This document shows positions 1 to 10,081 of a stretch of DNA of 64,000 nt, piece by piece; within the stretch, counting starts at the first letter, position 1; each line of letters starts with the position of its first letter. Source of the stretch: Squalus acanthias. Taxonomy: Eukaryota. The position numbers and the translations under genes were made by a program. The stretch covers positions 132,124,001-132,188,000 of the forward strand of contig CM059432.1 in the NCBI GenBank assembly GCA_030390025.1. The letters run 5' to 3'. The notes beneath the pieces were generated by a model. It searched no databases, had not been told where the DNA came from, and worked only from the letters and a program-made list of their open reading frames with translations.

Positions 1-74
1 TGACATTAGTTGTGATCTAAGATCACGTAACAGGGTGGACCGCACAACGGCTGTCATCATCCACCCCCCTATCA

Positions 75-320
75 TTCATTCTTTGCAAACAGTGGACAAC
101 CATCAATCGCCTCAGAACCGATCATGGTAGATGCCGCCACCTTCTCCATAGATGGAAGGTTAAAGCACCCCCATCATACGACTGTGGAGCTCCTAATCAG
201 ACCCTGGAGCACATCATTGAGCACTGCCCTCAGAGGAAATTCGCAGGCAGCCAACAAGATATCCACGCTGTTACACCAGAAGCTTTGGCCTGGATATCGG
301 ACTTAGATATTAATATTTAA
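75..320 (+). mobile_element. Vingi/Ingi-like non-LTR retrotransposon, C-terminal ORF fragment
   Basis: Frame 93-320 reads WTTINRLRTDHGRCRHLLHRWKVKAPPSYDCGAPNQTLEHIIEHCPQRKF...WISDLDINI*. This matches the W..LNRLRTG.GRC ... C.CG...QT..HI...CP C-terminus of I-group Ingi/Vingi ORFs (first Cys mutated to Tyr). Probable 3' tail CCATACGAAAGAAGAGGAG lies at about 1161-1179, beyond the insertion below. Confidence 0.65.
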
Positions 321-330
321 TTTTTTTTTA

Positions 331-1142
331 AATTCGCAAGGCCAGCATTTATTGCCCATCCCTAATTGCCCTCGAGAAGGTGGTGGTGGTGAACCGCTGC
401 AGTCAGTGTGGTGATGGTACTCCCACAGTGCTGTTAGGTAGGGAGTTCCAGGATTTTGATCCAGCGACGATGAAGGATCGGCGATATACTTCCAAGTCAG
501 GATGGTGTGTGACTTGGAGGGGAACTTGGAGGTGGTGGTGTTCCCATGCGCCTGCTGCCCTTCTAGGTGGAAGAGGTCGTGGGTTTGGGAGGTGCTGCCA
601 AAGAAGCCTTGACGAGTTGCTGCAGTGCATCTTGTAGATGGTGTACACTGCAGCCACAGTGCGCCTGTGGTGGAGGGAGTGAATGCTTAAGGTGGTGGTT
701 TGGGTGCCAATCAAGCGGGCTGCTTTGTCCTGGATGGTGTCGAGCTTCTTGAGTGTTATTGGAGCTGCACTCATCCAGGCAAGTGGAGAGTATTCCATCA
801 CACTCCTTACTTGTGCCTTGTAGATGGCGGAAAGGCTTTGGGGAGTCAAGAGGTGAGACACTCGTCGCAGAATACCTAGCCTCTGACCTGCTCTTGTAGC
901 CACAGTATTTATGAGGCTGGTCCAGTTAAGTTTCTGGTCAATGGTGACCCCCAGGATGATGTTGATGGGGGATTCGGCGATGGTAATGGCGTTGAATGTC
1001 AAGGGGCAGCGGTTAGACTCTCGCTTGTTGGAGATAGTCATTGCCTGGCACTTGTGTGGCGTGAATGTTACCTGCCACTTATCAGTCCAAGCCTGAACGT
1101 CGTCCAGGTCTTGTTGCATTCGGGCATGGACTGCTTCATTTA
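331..1142 (-). mobile_element. CR1-group LINE (family A), 5'-truncated copy: RT C-terminus plus 3' UTR
   Basis: ORF 403..1356(-) contains QQDLDDVQAWTDKWQVTF...LGVTIDQKLNW...IYKAQVRSVMEYSPLAW. Highly similar to the copies at 10122-11573 and 42481-45415. Confidence 0.9.
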
Positions 1143-1179
1143 TCTTTTTTTTTGCTACTGCCATACGAAAGAAGAGGAG

Positions 1180-1560
1180 TAAATTATTTTCCCTGGGATT
1201 CTTTGTGACAAGCTGAATAAGAAAATAATCATTAATGATATTCACCAATATTTCTGCCCCACCTCCCTCAAGATTTGACTGATCCCAATCAGACCACTGA
1301 ATAGCTGGGTAATTAATACTGATCCTACCCTGTTCTGTAGCCCTTCTGATTTGCACACAAAGTGCTTCATCTTGAACTCTTGACCTGGAGACATGTAGCA
1401 GGCACCAGTGGTCAATTTAGTGCCAACTGCTTGATCCAGCTGCACGCAGATTGCTTTAATTCCTTCCTGCAGCCAATATCTTTCTCTCAAGAAAACTACG
1501 TCCTCCTTAATGATCCAAGCTCCATCCTCTCTCTTCTGTACTTGAAAGCAGGTGAGGAAA
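1180..1560 (-). mobile_element. Old degenerate CR1 endonuclease-region fragment
   Basis: Minus-strand translation ISINYPAIQWS...FLIQLVTKNPRENNLL resembles the CR1 APE motifs GDFNYP.I.W...FL.Q.V..PTR. Confidence 0.5.
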
Positions 1561-1595
1561 GTCAGCCGCTGTAGTAATGCCTACTGGGAGTGGGG

Positions 1596-1734
1596 CAACG
1601 TTCCCTTTAAGCTGCGCTGCCGAGTGGTCTGGGGCTCCCGCGCAGGCCGCTTGCCGGCTTTTCAATTGGAATAACCACTCTGACGCGAAAATTTGAAGGG
1701 GCCGCGCACCCAAAAAAAATGACAGGCAACGTTG
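1596..1734 (-). mobile_element. hAT-like MITE, degenerate copy of the 12398-12557 family in opposite orientation
   Basis: Starts CAACGTTCCCTTTAAGCTGCGC and ends GGGGCCGCGCACCCAAAAAAAATGACAGGCAACGTTG. Aligns with the reverse complement of 12398-12557. No clear TSD remains. Confidence 0.75.
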
Positions 1735-1929
1735 CTCGGGCTTTCTGGCTGCTTTCCAAAAACGCCAATTCCTATGCTCCTCTTCGTGCATTTTCAGAAT
1801 GCAGCTACTTTATTTTCTGCATGGCTCTAGCAGGTGGGGCCCCCAGGTCCCACTCTGATCCTCCAATCCAAGTGGGGCTGGGTGCAAGGCCGAAGGCGCG
1901 TTTCTTCTGAGCGTGCCTCCAAATGGGTG

Positions 1930-2090
1930 GCCACCTGTAAGCTCATGGATGGCAGAGGCCTTGCTCACAAGTGAACGGACATTCTGGAGGGAGATGCGGA
2001 GAGGGGCGGTGATAGCTGATTCACTGGCAGAGTCCACCGGGTCAGCATTGGGCGGGGTGAGTGGGACAGGAAGGAGGTAGGAAAGAATAG
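1930..2090 (-). mobile_element. L2-type LINE, start of ORF2 endonuclease domain (fragment)
   Basis: PLRISLQNVRSLVSKASAIHEL in ORF 1810..2109(-) matches APE motif I (L.N.RSL..K...I). Confidence 0.6.
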
Positions 2091-2603
2091 CCCCCCCCCC
2101 CCCCCCCAAGCAGTCGCGCAGTCCCCCACCTTATTTACATCCAATTCGAGTGCTTGTGCCTGAAGCAGGCATGGCACCCCTTTGGGAGAAACCCCTGAAT
2201 TTTCCAGAGCAATGCAAAAGGGCCAGAGACTTGGCATTAAGGGTCTGTCCCTTTTCTTCTGCTTTGTGCATGGGAACTGAATGTTTTCCTGGTGTTGAAC
2301 AGAGGAAAAATTGGCTTTGTAGATGTAAATAATTCAGTTGACTTCACTGCATAGGTGGGAAATATTTCTTTGAGCAATTTACATTAATTAATTATGTGTT
2401 AAGGCTCATAAATACACTTTTTTTGGTAATGGGTGTTTTCATGATTTCTATCTGAAAAGTATTTGGTATTTTTTTCAGAAATATGACTACAATAAAGTGT
2501 GAAAGCCTTCTAGGTGTTACAACAGTGTTTTGAAACTCAAAAATTCAATATGTTTTCTCTTTTCCCCCCCCCCCCCACCCCCCCACCCCTTTTCCTTTGG
2601 CAG

Positions 2604-2752
2604 AGATACAGATTTGTTCCTGTTGGACACTCGGACAGTTTGGGCCTCAGAAGAAGGCTGGCTGGTATTTGACATCACTGCTACAAGCAATCTCTGGGTG
2701 ATGAGCCCACAGCACAACCTTGGACTCCAGCTGCGTGTGCAGACCATTGACG
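2604..2752 (+). CDS. BMP6: BMP6-like coding exon (exon 3 of the canonical 7), prodomain
   Basis: Acceptor tttcctttggcag and donor G|gtgggt; 149 bp. Encodes (R)[49 protein letters not shown](G), close to BMP6 [44 protein letters not shown]. Confidence 0.93.
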
Positions 2753-3777
2753 GTGGGTAAACCTGAGCAGTTATGTTGCTTACAAAGTGAAGGTCAACTT
2801 CCATGTGTTGCCTACTTCATTGTTACAAGTGTAGGCGTAAGAGTGCAACTTTATTTCAGTGGTTGTACAAAGTACTATTCATTGAATTTGTGTTACTTAT
2901 TTTGAGTGATTTATCTTTTTCCTGCTTTTCATTACATTAATAGCTGACTCAACGCAAAAATGAAGCTTAAAAACTTTATTCCTTTGAATTAGTTTAAATC
3001 AAATCCGAGTACAATCAATTGATTTCTACTACCCCCAGTCTAAAAATTCCCACTTGTGGATTATTTTTTTAATTAATTGATTACTTCTTGGATGGCTGTC
3101 GGGGGATGTTTGAACAGAAACTCTTTGGAGAATATGTGAATGGAGATTATTTAGTGACCAGTGAAATGTGCTGAATACTTCTTTGAATTTTGTAAGGATG
3201 CATGTCCCTTTATGAATATGTGACTTGTCTTCCTATGCTGCTTTATATGATAGCTTCAGGTTTTTTCCATCCCATCTGTATTTACAGTGCTTAAGAAGAA
3301 ATATTTTCTCTTGACAGTACAGTGTCTGTTTCATGCATGCAAGATCCTGTTATTTTTACTTGACTTCTGGCTATATGCTTTTGACAGATTTCTATGCCAA
3401 AGCTAGCTTGAAAATTTCTGACTCAAAAGCAGGAAATATTTCTTTCAATTAGATCCTCCAGTTCCTTCCTATGGATTCTAACTTCACACTGGTTTTTAAA
3501 ATAAATAATAGAAGGGCTGAAGTGTCGATTCCCTACGTGGTCCAGATCCGAGTTATGCTGCTGGCCCACAGTAGGAAAGGGGCTAAAACCAGTGAAAGGA
3601 GAAGAATCGGCCATTATCTTTCGCAACCAAATCGGCATGAACGTTGATATTTTGTCATTGGATTATGATCAGCTAAACAGTGTGCAAAAAAACCAAATGC
3701 TAAGGTGAAGGGAACCATTTTTAACCCTGATGAATGTTCCTCACCAGTTAGGTACATTTTACCTGGACAAATATAAG

Positions 3778-3895
3778 TTACTGAGGCCAATTATAATGCC
3801 CCTCCCCTGGTTTTCCTGGCTTAGATCAGATAACACAGCACAGACCAGGAATTGGACTCTCTTTCTGGGGTGTATCGCTCACTACTATACCATGC
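3778..3895 (-). mobile_element. AmnSINE2-like SINE, 5' fragment
   Basis: Reverse complement reads CAATTCCTGGTCTGTGCTGTGTTATCTGATCTAAGCCAGG...ATAATTGGCCTCAG, homologous to the copies at 50490 and 54900. Confidence 0.45.
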
Positions 3896-4875
3896 AGTGC
3901 TAGTTGACCTTCCTCCTTTCCCAATGTATATTTGGAAGCAGTAGGTTCCCATGGTAAGGAAGTATTGCCAGAAAACTAAGCAGAATGCAAATCCTGATCC
4001 TAAAGTTATGTAATTTAAGGAGTAGGGTATTAGGCAAGCAAAAAAAAAAACTTCTCCAAAACTCCAGTTTTTCGGGCACTTTGCCCAGCAGATGGGATGA
4101 GAACAGTAGACCTAAAACACAGCTTGTTTCCATGTAGCTGGTAGGACGAGAAACTCAACTTTTTATGGTTCCAGGTGGCTGGCACATGTTACCAATACAT
4201 AATGCCCTTTGGCCTAGTCTCAATCCCTTAAAATCTTCACAGAGTGTCAGTGATACCTGCAAGCCTGTCTCGGAAGTAAATTTTCATCCCACCCGTAAGC
4301 GACTGGTCCATGAGATCACACGCTCGGCATGGAGCGGTGATCGCTTGTTCAGACACTTTCCTCATTTGGACAACTGGGATTTGTGGTTTAACTATGGAAA
4401 AGTCCCAGATGACACCCTCTCCGGAAATCCTCTTCATAGGATTCAGGTTCCAGTCAGTTTCAAAGCTGGTCTCCACGCAGAAGGAATGTTTACCACATGT
4501 CCACAAACAGCTGCCAAATGTCTGGCCTGATTGAAAACTTGCAGCCAAAGTTTTTCTCCGACCTTTGGAGACGTATGGCAGAAAGCTTTTCAAGTAGTGG
4601 AAACTATTGACACAACAATCATTCAACTATTCTCACATCTTGACTGGTGTGAGTAAATACTGTCTCAAACTTTTTACCAATGGAATGGCGTTCAGGTTAC
4701 TAATAAGTGTCGGATTGAAGTAGTTGACACTTGCCATATTCAACTGACCCCCCACCTTATTCAAGATTAGGAACCACACCTGGTAAACGGATTAATAATA
4801 CTTGCCTTTTATATAAAGGGAGATTTACAAACTGCACCCATTTTCAGGTTCAGGCCTTATTTGAATTCAGTGGTG

Positions 4876-7465
4876 AGCTGTGGGCACCAGTCTCTGGCGG
4901 CCAGCTGCGGGCGCCAGTCTCTGGCGGCCAGCTGCGGGCGCCAGTCTCTGGCGGCCAGCTGCGGGCGCCAGTCTCTGGCGGCCGGCTGCGGGCGCCAGTC
5001 TCTCTGGCGGCCGGCTGCGGGCGCCAGCCTCTCTGGCGGCCGGCTGCGGGCGCCAGTCTCTCTGGGGCCGGCTGCGGGCGCCAGCCTCTCTGGCGGCCGG
5101 CTGCGGGCGCCAGCCTCTCTGGCGGCCGGCTGCGGGCGCCAGCCTCTCTGGCGGCCGGCTGCGGGCGCCAGCCTCTCTGGCGGCCGGCTGCGGGCGCCAG
5201 CCTCTCTGGCGGCCGGCTGCGGGCGCCAGCCTCTCTGGCGGCCGGCTGCGGGCGCCAGCCTCTCTGGCGGCCGGCTGCGGGCGCCAGCCTCTCTGGCGGC
5301 CGGCTGCGGGCGCCAGCCTCTCTGGCGGCCGGCTGCGGGCGCCAGCCTCTCTGGCGGCCGGCTGCGGGCGCCAGCCTCTCTGGCGGCCGGCTGCGGGCGC
5401 CAGCCTCTCTGGGCGGCCGGCTGCGGGCGCCAGCCTCTCTGGCGGCCGGCTGCGGGCGCCAGCCTCTCTGGCGGCCGGCTGCGGGCGCCAGCCTCTCTGG
5501 CGGCCGGCTGCGGGCGCCAGCCTCTCTGGCGGCCGGCTGCGGGCGCCAGCCTCTCTGGCGGCCGGCTGCGGGCGCCAGCCTCTCTGGCGGCCGGCTGCGG
5601 GCGCCAGCCTCTCTGGCGGCCGGCTGCGGGCGCCAGCCTCTCTGGCGGCCGGCTGCGGGCGCCAGCCTCTCTGGCGGCCGGCTGCGGGCGCCAGCCTCTC
5701 TGGCGGCCGGCTGCGGGCGCCAGCCTCTCTGGCGGCCGGCTGCGGGCGCCAGCCTCTCTGGCGGCCGGCTGCGGGCGCCAGCCTCTCTGGCGGCCGGCTG
5801 CGGGCGCCAGCCTCTCTGGCGGCCGGCTGCGGGCGCCAGCCTCTCTGGCGGCCGGCTGCGGGCGCCAGCCTCTCTGGCGGCCGGCTGCGGGCGCCAGCCT
5901 CTCTGGCGGCCGGCTGCGGGCGCCAGCCTCTCTGGCGGCCGGCTGCGGGCGCCAGCCTCTCTGGCGGCCGGCTGCGGGCGCCAGCCTCTCTGGCGGCCGG
6001 CTGCGGGCGCCAGCCTCTCTGGCGGCCGGCTGCGGGCGCCAGCCTCTCTGGCGGCCGGCTGCGGGCGCCAGCCTCTCTGGCGGCCGGCTGCGGGCGCCAG
6101 CCTCTCTGGCGGCCGGCTGCGGGCGCCAGCCTCTCTGGCGGCCGGCTGCGGGCGCCAGCCTCTCTGGCGGCCGGCTGCGGGCGCCAGCCTCTCTGGCGGC
6201 CGGCTGCGGGCGCCAGCCTCTCTGGCGGCCGGCTGCGGGCGCCAGCCTCTCTGGCGGCCGGCTGCGGGCGCCAGCCTCTCTGGCGGCCGGCTGCGGGCGC
6301 CAGCCTCTCTGGCGGCCGGCTGCGGGCGCCAGCCTCTCTGGCGGCCGGCTGCGGGCGCCAGCCTCTCTGGCGGCCGGCTGCGGGCGCCAGCCTCTCTGGC
6401 GGCCGGCTGCGGGCGCCAGCCTCTCTGGCGGCCGGCTGCGGGCGCCAGCCTCTCTGGCGGCCGGCTGCGGGCGCCAGCCTCTCTGGCGGCCGGCTGCGGG
6501 CGCCAGCCTCTCTGGCGGCCGGCTGCGGGCGCCAGCCTCTCTGGCGGCCGGCTGCGGGCGCCAGCCTCTCTGGCGGCCGGCTGCGGGCGCCAGCCTCTCT
6601 GGCGGCCGGCTGCGGGCGCCAGCCTCTCTGGCGGCCGGCTGCGGGCGCCAGCCTCTCTGGCGGCCGGCTGCGGGCGCCAGCCTCTCTGGCGGCCGGCTGC
6701 GGGCGCCAGCCTCTCTGGCGGCCGGCTGCGGGCGCCAGCCTCTCTGGCGGCCGGCTGCGGGCGCCAGCCTCTCTGGCGGCCGGCTGCGGGCGCCAGCCTC
6801 TCTGGCGGCCGGCTGCGGGCGCCAGCCTCTCTGGCGGCCGGCTGCGGGCGCCAGCCTCTCTGGCGGCCGGCTGCGGGCGCCAGCCTCTCTGGCGGCCGGC
6901 TGCGGGCGCCAGCCTCTCTGGCGGCCGGCTGCGGGCGCCAGCCTCTCTGGCGGCCGGCTGCGGGCGCCAGCCTCTCTGGCGGCCGGCTGCGGGCGCCAGC
7001 CTCTCTGGCGGCCGGCTGCGGGCGCCAGCCTCTCTGGCGGCCGGCTGCGGGCGCCAGCCTCTCTGGCGGCCGGCTGCGGGCGCCAGCCTCTCTGGGCCGG
7101 CTGCGGGCGCCAGCCTCTCTGGCGGCCGGCTGCGGCGCCAGCCTCTCTGGCGGCCGGCTGCGGGCGCCAGCCTCTCTGGCGGCCGGCTGCGGGCGCCAGC
7201 CTCTCTGGCGGCCGGCTGCGGGCGCCAGCCTCTCTGGCGGCCGGCTGCGGGCGCCAGCCTCTCTGGCGGCCGGCTGCGGGCGCCAGCCTCTCTGGCGGCG
7301 GCTGCGGGCGCCAGCCTCTCTGGCGGCCGGCTGCGGGCGCCAGCCTCTCTGGCGGCCGGCTGCGGGCGCCAGCCTCTCTGGGGCCGGCTGCGGGCGCCAG
7401 TCTCTCTGGGGCCAGCTGCGGGCGCCAGTCTCTCTGGGGCCAGCTGCGGGCGCCAGTCTCTCTGC
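4876..7465. repeat. GC-rich 29-bp minisatellite, about 89 units
   Basis: Unit CTGCGGGCGCCAGCCTCTCTGGCGGCCGG (24/29 GC, 4 CpG). Near-perfect in the centre, with 27-bp and substituted variants at the edges. It contains no stop codon in any frame, which produces the long 29-aa-periodic ORFs. Confidence 0.98.
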
Positions 7466-7914
7466 AGCTCGTCCGTTTTGGAAACCTTCGTGGATCCAGC
7501 CAGCAGGTTGGGCCTTTTGGTCCCACAAAAATCTTTTTTTTAAGAAAAACAAAACCTTACTTATTCCTCAAAGGTCGGCAGTGGTTTCTTTTGAGGATCT
7601 CGGGTTAGGCCATTCAACGGCTGGTACAACTGGGTTTCATGGGCATGACGCATGCTTTACCCATTTGTACATGAAAATTGCAGTCTGTGTCCCACAACTG
7701 GCACAGGACGCTCGAGTTCCAGAATTAAATTTGCCCCCTGCCTGTTTTGGACGGGAGTGCTGGGCTCCCATTTAAATTCCTGCCTGAAAGTTGAATAGGG
7801 CGGGCCTTGGGCGTCAAAGGGGTGTCTGAAGTGCCCACCTGAATTTCCTTTGCCAATTGCCTATATTTCAGGTGAGAACCGGGTGGCCTGCAGTTGAAAA
7901 TTACCCTCATGGTG

Positions 7915-8305
7915 TCTTTTCACAGCAAAACTTCTCCAGGCACTTCATAAAATGGATTACTTCTGAAGTCCAGTGACTCTAGTGCAGGCAACTGCAGCAG
8001 CCATTGTGAAGCAACAGTGTCTCACAAATAGCAACAAGATAAATGACCAGTTAATCTGTATTTTTGTTGGTATTGGTTGAAGGAGGAACATTGACCAGGA
8101 TGCCGGGAGATTTCTCTGCTCTTCAAACTGTGCCATGGAATCTTTAATGTCCACCTGAACAAGCAGTTGAGAGCTACATTTTTACAATGTAACTAAAGGA
8201 CATCTCTTCCAATAATCCAGCACTCCCTCAGGACTGGTACGGGGTTCAATTTCCAGCCTTCTAGCTGAGAGATACAAGTGCTACCAATTGACCCAAACTG
8301 ACACA
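7915..8305 (-). mobile_element. tRNA-derived Deu-domain SINE (SacSINE1-like), older diverged copy
   Basis: Contains ...TTGGTTGAAGGAGGAACATTGACCAGGA...GTGCCATGGAATCTTTAATGTCCACCTGA..., homologous to 37745-38180. Confidence 0.7.
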
Positions 8306-8544
8306 CACAATTGTGGCTAAGAGTGGATTGCTTACTCTTGGATCCTGTTCATTAATGTGCAGTTTACTGGTGGTTTAATATGCGGCGGTTGGACTTGGAA
8401 TCCGTCTATTGTTGAAGGCTAGATGCTTTCGCAGAAAGGAGAGGCAAACTAGAGAGCAAAACGCAGAAGTTGATCATTTGGCCCACTAAGTCTCTGGCAG
8501 TGTTTTTTTTTTCCCCCACCTGCGCCAATTATTTCTTCCCACTG

Positions 8545-8720
8545 TCTCGTTAAAGGTGGCAGTGCAAGTAGACAAGGTCATTAAAAAGGCAAACAGAATC
8601 TTTGGTTGTGCAGCTCGAGGCAAAGAGTACGAGAGCAAGGAGCTAATGCTGAACTTAGTTAGGCTGCACTTAGAGTAGTGTGTACAGTTTTGGGTACGTC
8701 ATTATAGGGAGGATATAAAA
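8545..8720 (+). mobile_element. CR1 (HER1-like) RT C-terminal fragment
   Basis: AAGGTGGCAGTGCAAGTAGACAAGG...GTTAGGCTGCACTTAGAGTAGTGTGTACAGTTTTGG, homologous to 25340-25510. Confidence 0.7.
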
Positions 8721-9194
8721 ATTATATTGCGGTCACTAATGTTCCTCAGCTTTTAAATCGCCTACTTGCTCTGCCTCATTACCTAGAACTAGCTTAAGTA
8801 GTGCTTCATTCCTTGTTGGAGTGACAAGATATTGACTGAGAAAGTAGTTTTGAACTGGAAAAAACCCTCTCCTTTCTTATCACAAACATTTTCCTTATCA
8901 GTCTGTTTGGGGGGTAATTATTATCACCTACAATACTAACTTGGTTGTTGATGTATGCTTCTTCTAATTTGTCTATAAATGTCTTCCTCTATTTTCTTTA
9001 CATTGTTCAGCAGCCTATAAATGTGATCCCTCTAATATGACCAATCCCTTGCTATTCCTTAGGGCACTCCAGAGAGATTCTATTGGAGCCATTTCTCAAT
9101 TAAATCCTTATGCTATAACTGCTGCAATGCTGTCTCTAATACAACTACCCCTCCTTCTTTTCTTCCTTCCCTATCCTTTTTGAAGTGGTTCCCT

Positions 9195-9560
9195 CTCCTC
9201 AGATGCTGTCCCTTTCAAAACCACCGCCGTTACCCCTTTCCTGAAAAAAAAAAATTCACCCTCGACCTCTGTCCTTGCTAAGTACTGCCTGATCTCCAAC
9301 TTCCCTTTCCTCCTATAACGTGTGGTCATCTCCCAGGTCTGTGCCCAACTCTCCTGGAACTCCCTGTTTGAATTCTTCCATCCCTCCTACAGCACTGAAA
9401 TGGTCCCAACCAAAGTGGTGCATTATCCCTCCTTGACCTCTCTGCAGCCTTGGCCACAGTCGATCACACCATCCTTGTCTATTGTCCAGGTCAGTGGGAC
9501 CACCCTTGCTTGGTTCCACTCTTGCTTTCTGATTGTAGCCAGAGCACTTCTAGCATTTCT
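9195..9560 (+). mobile_element. L2 LINE RT fragment, degenerate
   Basis: Homologous to 12330-12900 (decayed YRPISNLPFLSK and HSTETAL.KV regions). Confidence 0.6.
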
Positions 9561-9914
9561 CTTGCTACCCTTGCGCTATCACAGGAACTCCTGTTCCTAT
9601 GCTAAAGCCATGTGTTAAGCCCTTATTGACGATCAATGTGTTAGATTTTTTTAAGTGTTTACAAGTTTTTTTGTCTAGATGTGATAACTGTCCATTCAAT
9701 TATGTTACAGTATCTCTTTCACCTCATCAGGTTCTAGCAATGTGACCAGTGCTTCTGTTGGTGTGAAAACCGCCTCATCATGTGCTAATGCTCAAGCTTG
9801 TAACTTGTGTTTATAACTTGCTCATATTTTAGCACAAACATGCTGGCAACAAACTGTGGCAGAAACTCTGTCGCCTTTTGTTAAAGATTTGATCTGCACT
9901 GAAATGTGTATATT

Positions 9915-10015
9915 AGAACATAAGAACTTAAGAAATAGGAGCTGGAGTAGGCCATTCGGTCCCTCGAGCCTGCTCCGCCATTCAATAAGATCATGGCTGA
10001 TCTTCTACCTCAACT
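9915..10015 (-). mobile_element. CR1/HER1-type 3' tail fragment
   Basis: AGAACATAAGAA...AGGAGCTGGAGTAGGCCATTCGGTCCCTCGAGCCTGCTCCGCCATTCAATAAGATCATGGCTGATC. Similar tails occur at about 20405-20480, 35710-35910 and 57170-57310. Confidence 0.75.
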
Positions 10016-10081
10016 TGTAATGAAGTAAATGGCATAAATACACTCTGTATAACAAGTTATGTGACCGTTTTTACAGTAAAA

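Noticed and set aside
5000..7400. CTCF-site array (CCGCCAGAGAGGC on the minus strand)
   Set aside because: Two of the most constrained core positions mismatch CCACCAGGGGGCGC. A PWM scan would be needed and I expect a weak score.
4876..7465. CRISPR-like array (29-bp repeats with an internal hairpin)
   Set aside because: The units are head-to-tail with no unique spacers, there are no cas genes, and the context is vertebrate intronic DNA.
4731..7775. Five ORFs of 887-1014 aa on both strands
   Set aside because: They result from a stop-free 29-bp repeat. The same 29-aa unit appears in every frame of a strand, so they are not evidence of a protein.
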